This document shows, piece by piece, positions 30,253-40,767 of a stretch of DNA of 47,491 nucleotides (positions are counted from its first letter, which is position 1; every line of letters begins with the position of its first letter). Made by a program: the position numbers and the translations under genes. The stretch covers positions 1 to 47,491 of the forward strand of contig CANRSQ010000004.1 in assembly GCA_947642475.1 (NCBI GenBank), given 5' to 3'. The stretch is from an uncultured Mycoplasmatota bacterium (lineage in GTDB: Bacteria > Bacillota_I > Bacilli_A > RF39 > UBA660). Below the pieces are notes generated by a model. It saw nothing but the letters and a program-made list of their open reading frames with translations, did no database searches and was not told where the DNA came from.

Positions 30253-31827
30253 CTATTCTTCTTCCTTATTATTTATACTAAGTAATAACATACCACATAT
30301 TAATCCTAAATATAAAGTTACTATCCATTCATCAAATACATTACCGCTTACTATACCAGCAAAGAATACTAATACAATACTAAATGCCATAGTTACATTA
30401 ATAAAAGTAAACTTTTTATTATAATCTCTAAACATTTTATAAAGCGCATAACCAAGAACTACTAAATATGGACAGATAAACAATATAATACCTATAATTC
30501 CAATAGAATACATATGAACATAAATATCATTTTCCATATAACATAAAGCATTTCTAAGTCTAGTAAAAGACATACCAACAACATAATCTATACTATTATC
30601 ATTAAGTTCAATAACACGTTTAGTAACATCCTTTTTAAGTTGACGATGATTAGCTCTATCAGCAAAAGGAATTTCATACTCAGCAAGCCAAAAATCTGGA
30701 TCATCAGTGTAAGGATAAATTTTTTCAACAAAAGTACGATCTACACCATAAGTACCAAAAGAATTTTTAATAAAGTTGCTTTTTTCAAGTTGCAAAGCTT
30801 CTCTTTCCTCTTTTGTAAGATCTTCTTTTTCTTTTTCAGCAATATACTTTTTAAACTTTTTCAAAGTCTTAGTACCATCGCTGTTTTCGATATTTTCTTC
30901 AACCACTTCAGAATTATCGTTAATATAAGTTCTATTCATAACTGGTGAAAAAGGTAAAATCGCCCCACCAATTACAATCATAACAATAAAGACTAATAAA
31001 GGTTTCAAACTAAATGTAATCTCTTTTTTTATAAATGCAAAGAATAAGTAAATTATAATCATTGCCACTGCAATCGCAATCCACCCCATAGATGCTACAC
31101 GTGTTCCTAACATCAACATAGAAATTATCGTTAAAAATAAAGTAATACCATGTAGAACATTTGGCTTTTTAAAATAAATATAAATTAACAAAGGTAATAA
31201 ACAAACCAATACTCCACTAACTTGATTGGCCATATGAAATATTCCCTTAGAAGCAATATCAAGATATTGATATTTAGAATATATATCACCATAAAACCAT
31301 TCAAAGAAAGTAGCCTTAATCGCATGAGTTCCCCCACCATAAGAAGCAAGCGCTAAACCTAAAAAGTTAGTAACTACCATAGTTACACTAAATATTAAAG
31401 CAACAGCTACGATAATATTTTTAAAATATTTAACACTTAAATTCTTTTCATAAGTAATAAAAATTATTAATAACGGCATTATCATTCTAACTAAATAAAA
31501 CATCTCTTTTACAAAAGAATATTGTTCGAAATTACCATAGGCAACATAAAAATTTGTAGAATTTATATGATGGAATATCGCATAGATCAAATAAATAATA
31601 GAAGCCACTATTAAAAATTTATATTTCCGCTTATCTTTAAACCAAATAAAACTTGTTATAAATAAAACGCCCATTATAAGCATTCTTATAATAGTAGATG
31701 GCGAAAACTTAAATATAGCAATTAAATTATCACTATATAGCCAAAAAATATCAAATAATGGCTGTGCAATCATAAAGCCAATAAATAAATATAACATACA
31801 TTTTTTAAATTTTTCATTTTTAAACAT
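30253..31827 (-). CDS. O-antigen ligase-like / Wzy polymerase membrane protein
   Basis: Multi-TM; GIFHMANQ, GTR, large extracytoplasmic loop, MEND..H, GIIG, SGNVF. Confidence 0.75.
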   Translation of the reverse strand: MFKNEKFKKCMLYLFIGFMIAQPLFDIFWLYSDNLIAIFKFSPSTIIRMLIMGVLFITSFIWFKDKRKYKFLIVASIIYLIYAIFHHINSTNFYVAYGNFEQYSFVKEMFYLVRMIMPLLIIFITYEKNLSVKYFKNIIVAVALIFSVTMVVTNFLGLALASYGGGTHAIKATFFEWFYGDIYSKYQYLDIASKGIFHMANQVSGVLVCLLPLLIYIYFKKPNVLHGITLFLTIISMLMLGTRVASMGWIAIAVAMIIIYLFFAFIKKEITFSLKPLLVFIVMIVIGGAILPFSPVMNRTYINDNSEVVEENIENSDGTKTLKKFKKYIAEKEKEDLTKEEREALQLEKSNFIKNSFGTYGVDRTFVEKIYPYTDDPDFWLAEYEIPFADRANHRQLKKDVTKRVIELNDNSIDYVVGMSFTRLRNALCYMENDIYVHMYSIGIIGIILFICPYLVVLGYALYKMFRDYNKKFTFINVTMAFSIVLVFFAGIVSGNVFDEWIVTLYLGLICGMLLLSINNKEEE

Positions 31828-31830
31828 TTT

Positions 31831-32988
31831 TTACACCTCATCTAATAATTTTTCAATATCATTAATTATACTTGCTGTATCATAACTATAACTTTGTAAA
31901 TTTTGTTTATATTTTTCTAACTTATTCTTATCTTCTAAAATTGAAGAAATTGCCGAGTACAACCCCTGTTCACTATTATCAGTAATAATTCCTAAATCAT
32001 CATTCATAATTTCATGAATACTAGCAACTTCAGTTGATATAACTGGAGTTCCCAAAACCATAGACTCTAAAATAACAAGTCCAAACGGTTCGTATCTAGA
32101 ACACATCAAAAAAGCATCAGAGCTTTTAACATAAGGAAATGGATTTTTAACACTTCCCAAAAGTTCTATTTTATTTTCCAAATTATACTCTTTAATCAAG
32201 TCCTTAACCATATTAAAATCAGGGCCATCACCAATAATTCTTAAATAAACATTATCAAGTTTCCCATTTTCATTTAATTGATTAAAAACTTTAACCAATC
32301 TGTCATAACCTTTCATATTATGAATACGTCCCACAGATACCAAATTAATCACACCATCAGAAAACTCTACACTACTATTATCCGACATATTTATAATTTT
32401 ATCTACATTAATTAAATTATAAATAACTTTACATTCTGTATTAGGATACTTACTCTGAAATTTTTGAACAACCGAATTGGAAATTCCAATTATTTTATTA
32501 AATTTTTTAAAAGTTTCATCAAATACCTTTTTATATTTAGCCGTACAATCATACATAGAATAATCAGTATGAAGCCAATGATATTTGTATTTACTATCGC
32601 CATAAGCAGTAAATAAAGCCGTAAAACCATCCTTAAAAGCAACTTCAACATCATATTTTTTATGAACACATTTTTTTCTTTCATTTATTATTTTTCTTTT
32701 AATTAAACCAGTTTTCATTAAAAACACTAAATAAGCCTTTTTAAAAATTTTATCAATTTTCTTAGTTTTTAAAACCTCATTAAAAGATAAATCAACAACG
32801 TCAAAAAACGAAGAACCATAAATTAAATTTACCTCACTTGGCAAATCATCCAAACAGTCACCATTGTTATGTAGGACCATAACATCAACATTATACTTAG
32901 AAAGGTTAATATTATTTAAAATGTCACTCAATAAAACTGACACCCCGCCCATTCGCTTTTCATCAACAACAAACAATACATTTTTCAT
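31831..32988 (-). CDS. GT4 glycosyltransferase
   Basis: GG motif, WLH, VGR...KG, IGDGP, NPFPY, EPFGLVILES. Confidence 0.9.
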   Translation of the reverse strand: MKNVLFVVDEKRMGGVSVLLSDILNNINLSKYNVDVMVLHNNGDCLDDLPSEVNLIYGSSFFDVVDLSFNEVLKTKKIDKIFKKAYLVFLMKTGLIKRKIINERKKCVHKKYDVEVAFKDGFTALFTAYGDSKYKYHWLHTDYSMYDCTAKYKKVFDETFKKFNKIIGISNSVVQKFQSKYPNTECKVIYNLINVDKIINMSDNSSVEFSDGVINLVSVGRIHNMKGYDRLVKVFNQLNENGKLDNVYLRIIGDGPDFNMVKDLIKEYNLENKIELLGSVKNPFPYVKSSDAFLMCSRYEPFGLVILESMVLGTPVISTEVASIHEIMNDDLGIITDNSEQGLYSAISSILEDKNKLEKYKQNLQSYSYDTASIINDIEKLLDEV

Positions 32989-32998
32989 TTTAGCACCT

Positions 32999-33988
32999 CT
33001 AGCTTTTCTTTCGAAAGTTTTTTATATAAATAATTCGCGCAAATAAATTATTAAAGAAAATAAAGTATATTGAATTACATAAAGATTTAATGCCATTTAT
33101 TTTTAAAATATATTTGTTATGGCGATAATTAGGAAAATGTTCTTTAACCTGGCCCTTAGCGTATTTAACGCCTAACATAAATTCAGTAAAATCGCCACAT
33201 TTAGCTAGTCCATTAATAAAAGTATTATACAAATATCTTACATAACAATATTCAAGTTCACTAAAATATTCATCATAAAAACCATTTTCCTTATAGTAAG
33301 AAACAATTCCATTCCAATTTTCAATATAATTAAAAATCCTCTTATCGAAAGTTTTTGAAATAGCCCCGTCCCTCTGAACATAATTAATCAAAGGCTCATT
33401 AACTGTCCCAATGCTTTTAACATAAGGAAATAAACGATATAAAAATTCAACGTCTTCATACCACACACTTTTCTTAAACCTAACGCCACTTTCAAATAAA
33501 CTTTTTTTATAAATTTTATTCCACGCAACCGGATAAATGTTAACCATTTGTTTTTTTAATAATTCTTCATCAAAAACATCGCTATTAACTAATGAAGAAA
33601 TAAATTCAGTATGATCCGGATATACCGAATTAACATCACAAACAACCATATCAAAATTTTGAGAAATTGCTTTATTATATAATTTTTCGAACATATCACA
33701 TTCTACATAATCATCACTATCAACAAAACCAATATATTCTCCTGTCGCAAATTGTAATCCATAATTGCGCGCATCACTAAGACCACCATTTTCTTTAATA
33801 TAACCTTTAACAAAATCTGGATACTGTGCTGTATACTTATCAATAATAGCTTGGCTATTATCAGGAGAACCATCATTTACCACAATAATTTCTATATTTT
33901 TTAAAGTTTGATTAACCAAACTATTTAAACATTTATCTAAATAATCTTCCACGTTATAAACTGGAACAATCACACTTACCTTCATCAC
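32999..33988 (-). CDS. GT2 glycosyltransferase
   Basis: VIVPVYNVE, NDGSPD, NGGLSDARN, FVDSDD, WNKIY, YED. Confidence 0.93.
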   Translation of the reverse strand: MMKVSVIVPVYNVEDYLDKCLNSLVNQTLKNIEIIVVNDGSPDNSQAIIDKYTAQYPDFVKGYIKENGGLSDARNYGLQFATGEYIGFVDSDDYVECDMFEKLYNKAISQNFDMVVCDVNSVYPDHTEFISSLVNSDVFDEELLKKQMVNIYPVAWNKIYKKSLFESGVRFKKSVWYEDVEFLYRLFPYVKSIGTVNEPLINYVQRDGAISKTFDKRIFNYIENWNGIVSYYKENGFYDEYFSELEYCYVRYLYNTFINGLAKCGDFTEFMLGVKYAKGQVKEHFPNYRHNKYILKINGIKSLCNSIYFIFFNNLFARIIYIKNFRKKS

Positions 33989-34938
33989 TACCTCCTAAGT
34001 AATTTTCTAGCCAAACTAATTTGATTATTAAAAAACAAATTACATATAATTTTATATTTAATATTTTCTTTTTTATAATATTTATTATTACGCCATTTAG
34101 GAAATTTTTCCTTCATAGTTTTAGATACTAAGGCAACATTTTTTATACCTTCATTATAACTAATAAAACGTAAATTAGCAGCATGAAGTAAGTATTCGAT
34201 GTAAATATATTCAAGTTCATCAAAATATTCATCATATTTGCCAAGACTAACAAAACCATCATATAAATAATCTAACACTTCAAATATATCTTCCCATTTT
34301 GGATTATAAACAGACTTATTTAAAGATGATCCCTCTCTTTGTAAATAATAATATTTTGGTTCTTTTAAGTAAGCAACATCATTAGCAAACGCACTTATCA
34401 AAGGCATAACAGCATTATCCTCAAAACATTTTCCGTTTAAAAAATACAAATCATTATCTAAAAATAATTCTTTTTTTATAAGCTTACACACCGGTCCAGG
34501 CATAGCCAATATATGCGTTTTATAATTATCTGTATCAAAAGGAATTAATTTAACAGCTTCCTTATTTCCATCTTCAAAATATTTATAATAATCACAATAA
34601 ACAATATCTTTTTGGCCATTATCAGTCAAATTAACCATTTTTTCAATAGTATCTAAATCAATATAATCATCGCCATCAACAAAAAACAAATAATCTCCAG
34701 TAGCATTCTTTATAGCAAAATTACGCGCAGCAGCCGCCCCACCATTTTCTAAATGAAAAACTTTAATACGCTCATCTTTATTTGCATATTCATCACACAA
34801 CAAAGAAGATCCATCACTACTCCCATCATCAACAACCAAAATTTCCAAATTACTATATGATTGATTAATAATAGATTCAAAACATTTATCTAGATAATCT
34901 TTAACATTATAAACTGGTATAATTACAGATATTTTCAT
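33988..34938 (-). CDS. GT2 glycosyltransferase
   Basis: IIPVYNV, DDGSSD, ARN, FVDGDD, FED; paralog of the adjacent GT2. Confidence 0.93.
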   Translation of the reverse strand: MKISVIIPVYNVKDYLDKCFESIINQSYSNLEILVVDDGSSDGSSLLCDEYANKDERIKVFHLENGGAAAARNFAIKNATGDYLFFVDGDDYIDLDTIEKMVNLTDNGQKDIVYCDYYKYFEDGNKEAVKLIPFDTDNYKTHILAMPGPVCKLIKKELFLDNDLYFLNGKCFEDNAVMPLISAFANDVAYLKEPKYYYLQREGSSLNKSVYNPKWEDIFEVLDYLYDGFVSLGKYDEYFDELEYIYIEYLLHAANLRFISYNEGIKNVALVSKTMKEKFPKWRNNKYYKKENIKYKIICNLFFNNQISLARKLLRR

Positions 34939-35015
34939 AAGCCACCGCCTTACCATACTATAACAATTTTATCAAAAAATATCCTATATGTCTATAAAAG
35001 AGTGTCTATACACTC

Positions 35016-36089
35016 TTATTTTTCAATAACTTCAGTAAGTTTTCCTAAAACATCTTGGTTAAATTTCTCCGGATCAAATGATTTACATATAAAACCATCA
35101 TCCAAAAATTGTTTCAATCCAGCAGTATAAGAATCTTCATTTATTTCTGTTACAATCCCATATTTATCCTTTATATCAACCAAAGCATCGCTAACATTTG
35201 TTGTAATAAGTGGTTTCCCTAAAATTCTAGCTTCAACAAACACAACTGGATTTCCCTCCATAACCGATGAAAGCACGACAGCATCCGCTGACTTATAATA
35301 AACAAACGGATTAGATTTTCGTCCAAAAAAAGTAACAACATCTTGAAGATTATTTTCTTTGACAAAGTCCGTATACATTTTAGAATCTGGGCCATCACCA
35401 ATCATCCACAAATTAAAATCATAACCATCATCAATTAATCTTTTAACCGACTTTAAAAGAAGCATTAAATTTTTAGCTTTTTCCTCATGACGGCTAACAT
35501 TAACGAAAGTAACTTTTTCTTTTTCAATTACTTCTTCCTCGGCTTTTTTTAAAACCTTGTTATAATCAATAAAATTATTAAAAACATAAGTTTTTCCATT
35601 AAAAATAATTCCTCTTTTTGTAAAAGAATCTAAAATAGAATTCGCCACAAAAACAATTTTTTGATATTTTTGAACATTTATATAATCAACAAATTTATTA
35701 AGCCCTTTATCATCAAATTCAATAGTATAATCGCCATGAATCCAAATCGCATTATTTTGAGAAAAATGATACGCTAATTTTGTACAAGATTTAATTGTTG
35801 TCGCATATGCGGCCGCAAAATCAAATTTATTCTTATATTTTAATTTAAAATAATTTAACTTAACAAAGTTAACCAATTTTCTAAATAAAATATTTTTACT
35901 TTCACATATATTAAAATCAATAATTTTTACTTCCTTAGGAATATCATTTAAAAATATCCCTTCTTTTTTAGTCAAAAATAAACTAACATTATACTTAGAA
36001 TAATCTAAATTATTAAGCAAACTTACTAAAGCAGTTTCTATCCCACCCAAATCTAAATTATAAGCACAAAAAACAATATTTTTTTTCAT
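35016..36089 (-). CDS. GT4 glycosyltransferase
   Basis: GGIE, WIH, VSRH...K, IGDGP, NPF, EGNPVVFVEA. Confidence 0.9.
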   Translation of the reverse strand: MKKNIVFCAYNLDLGGIETALVSLLNNLDYSKYNVSLFLTKKEGIFLNDIPKEVKIIDFNICESKNILFRKLVNFVKLNYFKLKYKNKFDFAAAYATTIKSCTKLAYHFSQNNAIWIHGDYTIEFDDKGLNKFVDYINVQKYQKIVFVANSILDSFTKRGIIFNGKTYVFNNFIDYNKVLKKAEEEVIEKEKVTFVNVSRHEEKAKNLMLLLKSVKRLIDDGYDFNLWMIGDGPDSKMYTDFVKENNLQDVVTFFGRKSNPFVYYKSADAVVLSSVMEGNPVVFVEARILGKPLITTNVSDALVDIKDKYGIVTEINEDSYTAGLKQFLDDGFICKSFDPEKFNQDVLGKLTEVIEK

Positions 36090-36097
36090 AAAATCAC

Positions 36098-37102
36098 CTA
36101 TTTTTCAAAACTAGATTTCAAAGGAAACTTTTCATCAAACACACTAATTAATTCATTTGAAACTTTTTCAAAATCAAGATTAGTATTTACATCATTAATA
36201 CAAGCAATCGTTGATTTGTCACTTCTAATATAATCAAACAAATCCTTATTATCATTTTTTAAAACAAAATACTTCCCAAAATCATCATATGATTTTACGG
36301 CAAAATTTCCCTTCAGCATTTGCCACCATTGAACCGCCCATTGATTAACATCAAAAACACTTCTAAATTTATTTTGGCATGTTCTATCAAGCATCTTATA
36401 TTCTTTATCCCAAACCTCCTTAAAAGAAGATTTTAAAAACGCATTAGCTGTATGAGGAATATCAAAACCACAAAAATAATTCCATCTGTTAAGCATCAAA
36501 TATCTTACATTTCTTTTCTTATATTTTAAATTAAACACTTTAGAAAAATTTTCTTTAACAAATTTTCTTTTATCAAAATTCTTATTAACTAAAAACAAAT
36601 CATTCAAAACAATATGGTCAAAAAAATTATCATCAGCATCCTCGGTTTTAAAAGTATTTTCCTTCCAAAAATCACAAGGTAAACCATCCCTAAAAAAGTA
36701 TTCTGGATCTAACTTATTCAAAATAAACATATCATCATTAAAGAAAACAAAGCGTTCCTCTAATTCATCAATTCTATGCAAATTAAGTTCGATTGGATTA
36801 GCATTAAAAACAGGTAAATATTTTTTTGGAATATAATCTTCATGTTTTACTATGTTAAGTTTTGGATTTGTAGTATCAAGCCATTCTGGCAAATGTCCCC
36901 AAGTAACAAAATGTATTTTATTGACCCAAGGAGTATATTTCTCTACTGCTCTAAACCAATATTTTAATGTCCCCATATCCCTATATCTATTAATCTCAGC
37001 ATCAATATCAATTTTTTTATCACTATATTTATTCTTTTCTTCAAGCCACTTTGGATCACTACCATCAACCCATAAAACAACAAAATCTATTTTTTCTTGC
37101 AT
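36098..37102 (-). CDS. Stealth-family hexose-phosphate transferase
   Basis: CR1 IDFVVLWVDGSDP, CR2 RYRD..LKYWFR...FNDD, CR3 KFRS, CR4 CIND...FP.KSSFE. Confidence 0.93.
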   Translation of the reverse strand: MQEKIDFVVLWVDGSDPKWLEEKNKYSDKKIDIDAEINRYRDMGTLKYWFRAVEKYTPWVNKIHFVTWGHLPEWLDTTNPKLNIVKHEDYIPKKYLPVFNANPIELNLHRIDELEERFVFFNDDMFILNKLDPEYFFRDGLPCDFWKENTFKTEDADDNFFDHIVLNDLFLVNKNFDKRKFVKENFSKVFNLKYKKRNVRYLMLNRWNYFCGFDIPHTANAFLKSSFKEVWDKEYKMLDRTCQNKFRSVFDVNQWAVQWWQMLKGNFAVKSYDDFGKYFVLKNDNKDLFDYIRSDKSTIACINDVNTNLDFEKVSNELISVFDEKFPLKSSFEK

Positions 37103-37121
37103 TTTACATACCTCCGTATAA

Positions 37122-37601
37122 TTAATTATTATCAATATAATCTTTTATTTTTGAAATAAATTTTTCATTATTAGAAACAAATTTCTTTGGTTTAAATTTT
37201 TTTGCATCTTCCAAAACTTTATCCAAATTATCAAAGTCATCAAGTTTTAAAATATAACCCTTATTATAAAATGTTTCCGTTATTTGTAATTGATGATCAT
37301 TAGTATGCTCCCCATATATTTTAAGTCTAGGCGCTGCGATAACCCTTTTACCACGTTTTAAAGCATCAATTATACACCCTACTCCAGCATGAGTAATTAA
37401 TAAATCACAATCATTAATATATTTATTAAAATCATCCATTGAAACAAGATCAAATATTTCCATATCATTACTTTGATATTTTGTATATCCCGCTTGGACA
37501 ACAACTTTCTCATTAATATTTCCTAAATCAATTTGTTTTTGAATAGCATCTAATAAACGTTTAAAACTTTTGTCTTGAGTCCCTAAAGTAACAAATATCA
37601 T
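37122..37601 (-). CDS. PssE/Cps14G-family glycosyltransferase (Alg13-like half)
   Basis: MIFVTLGTQ..F.RL, QAG, ITHAG, PR...GEH.NDHQ. Confidence 0.92.
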   Translation of the reverse strand: MIFVTLGTQDKSFKRLLDAIQKQIDLGNINEKVVVQAGYTKYQSNDMEIFDLVSMDDFNKYINDCDLLITHAGVGCIIDALKRGKRVIAAPRLKIYGEHTNDHQLQITETFYNKGYILKLDDFDNLDKVLEDAKKFKPKKFVSNNEKFISKIKDYIDNN

Positions 37602-37613
37602 ATTTTCACATCC

Positions 37614-38090
37614 TTAAAATAAACTACCATAAAATTTAGCTTTCGGATAAAGTTCAAGCATACTTTCCCACTGTACAATAAATAAATCCGCAAATTTATA
37701 TACTAATTTGCCAGTAACAGTTTTAGTTTGACTATTCGCAAAAGTTTCAATAAAAATAATCTTACTACCAAAAATCTTACCAATACAGCACATTGGGCCA
37801 GCAATATGAGCCCCCGTACTAACAATATACTTAGGTCTTACTTTAATATAAGTAAATAATTCAATCCAGCAATTAATAAATAATTTAAATAAATATGTAA
37901 ATTTATGGTCTTTGGTTCCATAAATAACATAACTAATTTTATTACCAAATTTCTTTTTCAAATTAAGATTACTCGCAGTTTTTTCTGTAACAATATAATA
38001 ATCATAATTATCAAATAAAGGTTCTAATTGTAAAAGTTCATTTAAATGCCCACCAGTACTAGCAATAAACATAACTTTTTTCTTTTTCAT
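37614..38090 (-). CDS. PssD/Cps14F-family protein (Alg14-like half)
   Basis: ASTGGHL, STGA, FIETFA, TGK, FIVQW. Confidence 0.92.
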   Translation of the reverse strand: MKKKKVMFIASTGGHLNELLQLEPLFDNYDYYIVTEKTASNLNLKKKFGNKISYVIYGTKDHKFTYLFKLFINCWIELFTYIKVRPKYIVSTGAHIAGPMCCIGKIFGSKIIFIETFANSQTKTVTGKLVYKFADLFIVQWESMLELYPKAKFYGSLF

Positions 38091-38169
38091 AAGTATCACT
38101 ACTTTCTATCAATATTTTACCAATTTTATAATTAAATTACAACCACGCAAAAGAAAAAAGGCATCAGCC

Positions 38170-39690
38170 TTATTTATTTCTTTTAATAAATTTCTTTAAT
38201 AACCATTTAAAATATTCATATTCACCGGTTTTTCTATAAACGATAAAGAAAATTAAATTGACAACAACTAATGTGATAATACCATTTATAACAAATTGTA
38301 AGAACGGATGAGATACCGTAATCACATTAATAAGTACTAAAGTAATTCCAAGCATTACTAACATTAAAATAAATAATTTAAATTGTTCAATTATAAAATC
38401 TTTTTTTGGTTTATGAAAAATTGGTTCATAAACATACTTTGGATAACTATATAGATATAGGATTAAAGAACTTATAACACCAGCAATAAACACACCGGCT
38501 ATTCCGTACATTTTAACAAAGAAAATAGCACAAACTAAATTTACAATTGATTCAACAATAGGTATTCTTCTATCTTCGTAAAATATACCAGCTGCCTCTT
38601 TAAACAAATTAATAGTCTTTCGCATACCTTGAACATAAAAGTAAATAGCAAGCCATACAACAGCATATAATGGAAGTAAATATTTTTCTCCTATCCACCA
38701 TGTTATAAACGGTTGTAAAGTAGCAAACAATCCTACAGAACAAAGTGCATATATCCAAAAATCAAATAAAGTTAATTTTTTATAAACTTCAAAACTCTTT
38801 TCTGTATTTTCTTTAACAAGTAAATTACCCACACTAGAAACAATAGAGAAGAAAATTTGCGATAACAATATTGAAATAGAATTAAAAATCAAGAAATAGT
38901 TATTATATATACCAGCTTGTTTTAAACCTAATAACATAGAAATTACAATATAAGCAGTACCCATAACTATAAATGAGCCAATTTTATGACAGAATAATCC
39001 CTTAATTTTAGTAAAAATATCATCTTTAGTTTCTTTATCCATAGGAGCATAATCTTTTTCTTTAATATAAGGATATTTCCTATTTGCGATAAAGTTAATA
39101 ACTAAATTTTCTAAAACTCTAAACACAATTCTTAAAACTAAATATACAATATAATTTTTAAGTAAGAATAATAGCCAAATTTCAAATAAATTTAATAATA
39201 CTAAATAAACTAAATGAACAATATTTATAATATAATTCTTTTGATTGGCAATCAAAATAGAACGCTTATACGTTATCAAATAAGAAAATACAACATCAAT
39301 TAAAGCTAAATAATATAATAAATATATATTTTCTGGTATTGACGTTTCACCAACAAAGATTGGAATTAAAGGCGTAATAGCAATACCAATTATCAAAATA
39401 ACTCCAGCTATTGTATTATAGCATTTCTTATAAAACCCCATTAAAGTCTTAATTTTTTCCGTATTATTTTCAGCAATTGGTTTGTATAAATTATAAACAA
39501 TTGCACTACCAATACCCATTTCTACAATACCTAGCATTGACATGATATTAGTAAATAATCCATTAGCGCCCGAATACTCTAATCCAAGGCACATTAAAAA
39601 TATTTTTTGCGTTACAAAGCCAAAAACCATTCCTACTAAACTTGCCAAAGTAGAAAATACGGCATTATAAATTGAATTTTTGGTTCTCAT
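38170..39690 (-). CDS. Wzx-type polysaccharide flippase (MOP family)
   Basis: MRTKNS, LGIVEMGIGSAIVYNLYKP, IVSSVGNL; about 14 TM. Confidence 0.9.
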   Translation of the reverse strand: MRTKNSIYNAVFSTLASLVGMVFGFVTQKIFLMCLGLEYSGANGLFTNIMSMLGIVEMGIGSAIVYNLYKPIAENNTEKIKTLMGFYKKCYNTIAGVILIIGIAITPLIPIFVGETSIPENIYLLYYLALIDVVFSYLITYKRSILIANQKNYIINIVHLVYLVLLNLFEIWLLFLLKNYIVYLVLRIVFRVLENLVINFIANRKYPYIKEKDYAPMDKETKDDIFTKIKGLFCHKIGSFIVMGTAYIVISMLLGLKQAGIYNNYFLIFNSISILLSQIFFSIVSSVGNLLVKENTEKSFEVYKKLTLFDFWIYALCSVGLFATLQPFITWWIGEKYLLPLYAVVWLAIYFYVQGMRKTINLFKEAAGIFYEDRRIPIVESIVNLVCAIFFVKMYGIAGVFIAGVISSLILYLYSYPKYVYEPIFHKPKKDFIIEQFKLFILMLVMLGITLVLINVITVSHPFLQFVINGIITLVVVNLIFFIVYRKTGEYEYFKWLLKKFIKRNK

Positions 39691-39713
39691 TTAAATTTCA
39701 CCACCCAATAATT

Positions 39714-40694
39714 TTAATGATTAATAGCACGCATATATAAATATAATAAATTAAGCTGATTATTTAAATTTAAATATATAAATAATTTCGCACCCTTACC
39801 AAATTTGTTTAAATCAAATTCTTTAAGCATAGTATTTAACGTTTTATTTAAATCATATATAGTTTTTTTAAATTCTTTTCTATTTAACATTTTAGCTAAA
39901 TTTGAATAATAAATAATTAATTTTCTAGATATCTGCATATTATACAAATTAATATATTCATCATTACCACCTAAAATATGTAAAACTTTATTTCTTAACA
40001 ATGGAAACTTTTTTAAATTACGTATCATATTATCAATACCACGCGTTAAACTAGTTTCAGTTTCACAGTATTGATATAATGGCTTTGCGATAAGTGTAAT
40101 ACTATCAATATTAAGCATATAATTTAAAACAAACAAAAAATCTTCACCATAATCTAATTCTTCATCAAATAATAAATTCTTATTTTTAATAATATCTGTT
40201 TTGTATAAATAAGTACAACTACCACACGAAACTTGACCAGAAAGTAATAAATTTATTACTTTATTTAAATCAAGTTCACCATCGTTATAATCATTATATA
40301 TATTAGTGTATAATCCAACACTACCATCACTATAAACAGAATTCATTAAAAACTGCACAGCATCAAAATCAGAAACACTATTAATACAATTTTCAACCGC
40401 ATCACTAGTAATTAAGTCATCCGCATCCACAAACATTAAATATTTGCCACCAGCATTTTTAATCCCTAAATTTCTTGCTGAAGAAACACCACCATTACTT
40501 TTATCAAAAACTTTAACTCTATTATCACTAAGCGCAATATCTTGTATAATTTGCAGACTATTATCTTTAGAGCCATCATTAACTGTAATTATTTCAATAT
40601 TCTCATATGTTTGATTTATTAAAGATTCCAAGCATCTCTTAATATTATCTTCTGCATTATAAACCGGCACAATAATGCTAACCAATTTTTCCAT
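39714..40694 (-). CDS. GT2 glycosyltransferase
   Basis: SIIVPVYN, NDGSKD, GVSSARN, FVDADD, GED. Confidence 0.92.
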   Translation of the reverse strand: MEKLVSIIVPVYNAEDNIKRCLESLINQTYENIEIITVNDGSKDNSLQIIQDIALSDNRVKVFDKSNGGVSSARNLGIKNAGGKYLMFVDADDLITSDAVENCINSVSDFDAVQFLMNSVYSDGSVGLYTNIYNDYNDGELDLNKVINLLLSGQVSCGSCTYLYKTDIIKNKNLLFDEELDYGEDFLFVLNYMLNIDSITLIAKPLYQYCETETSLTRGIDNMIRNLKKFPLLRNKVLHILGGNDEYINLYNMQISRKLIIYYSNLAKMLNRKEFKKTIYDLNKTLNTMLKEFDLNKFGKGAKLFIYLNLNNQLNLLYLYMRAINH

Positions 40695-40767
40695 GAAAAT
40701 CACCTATTATCATTTTATAACAAATAACATTATTTTACAAGTTAGAAAAAAATTAGGGAATAAACCC

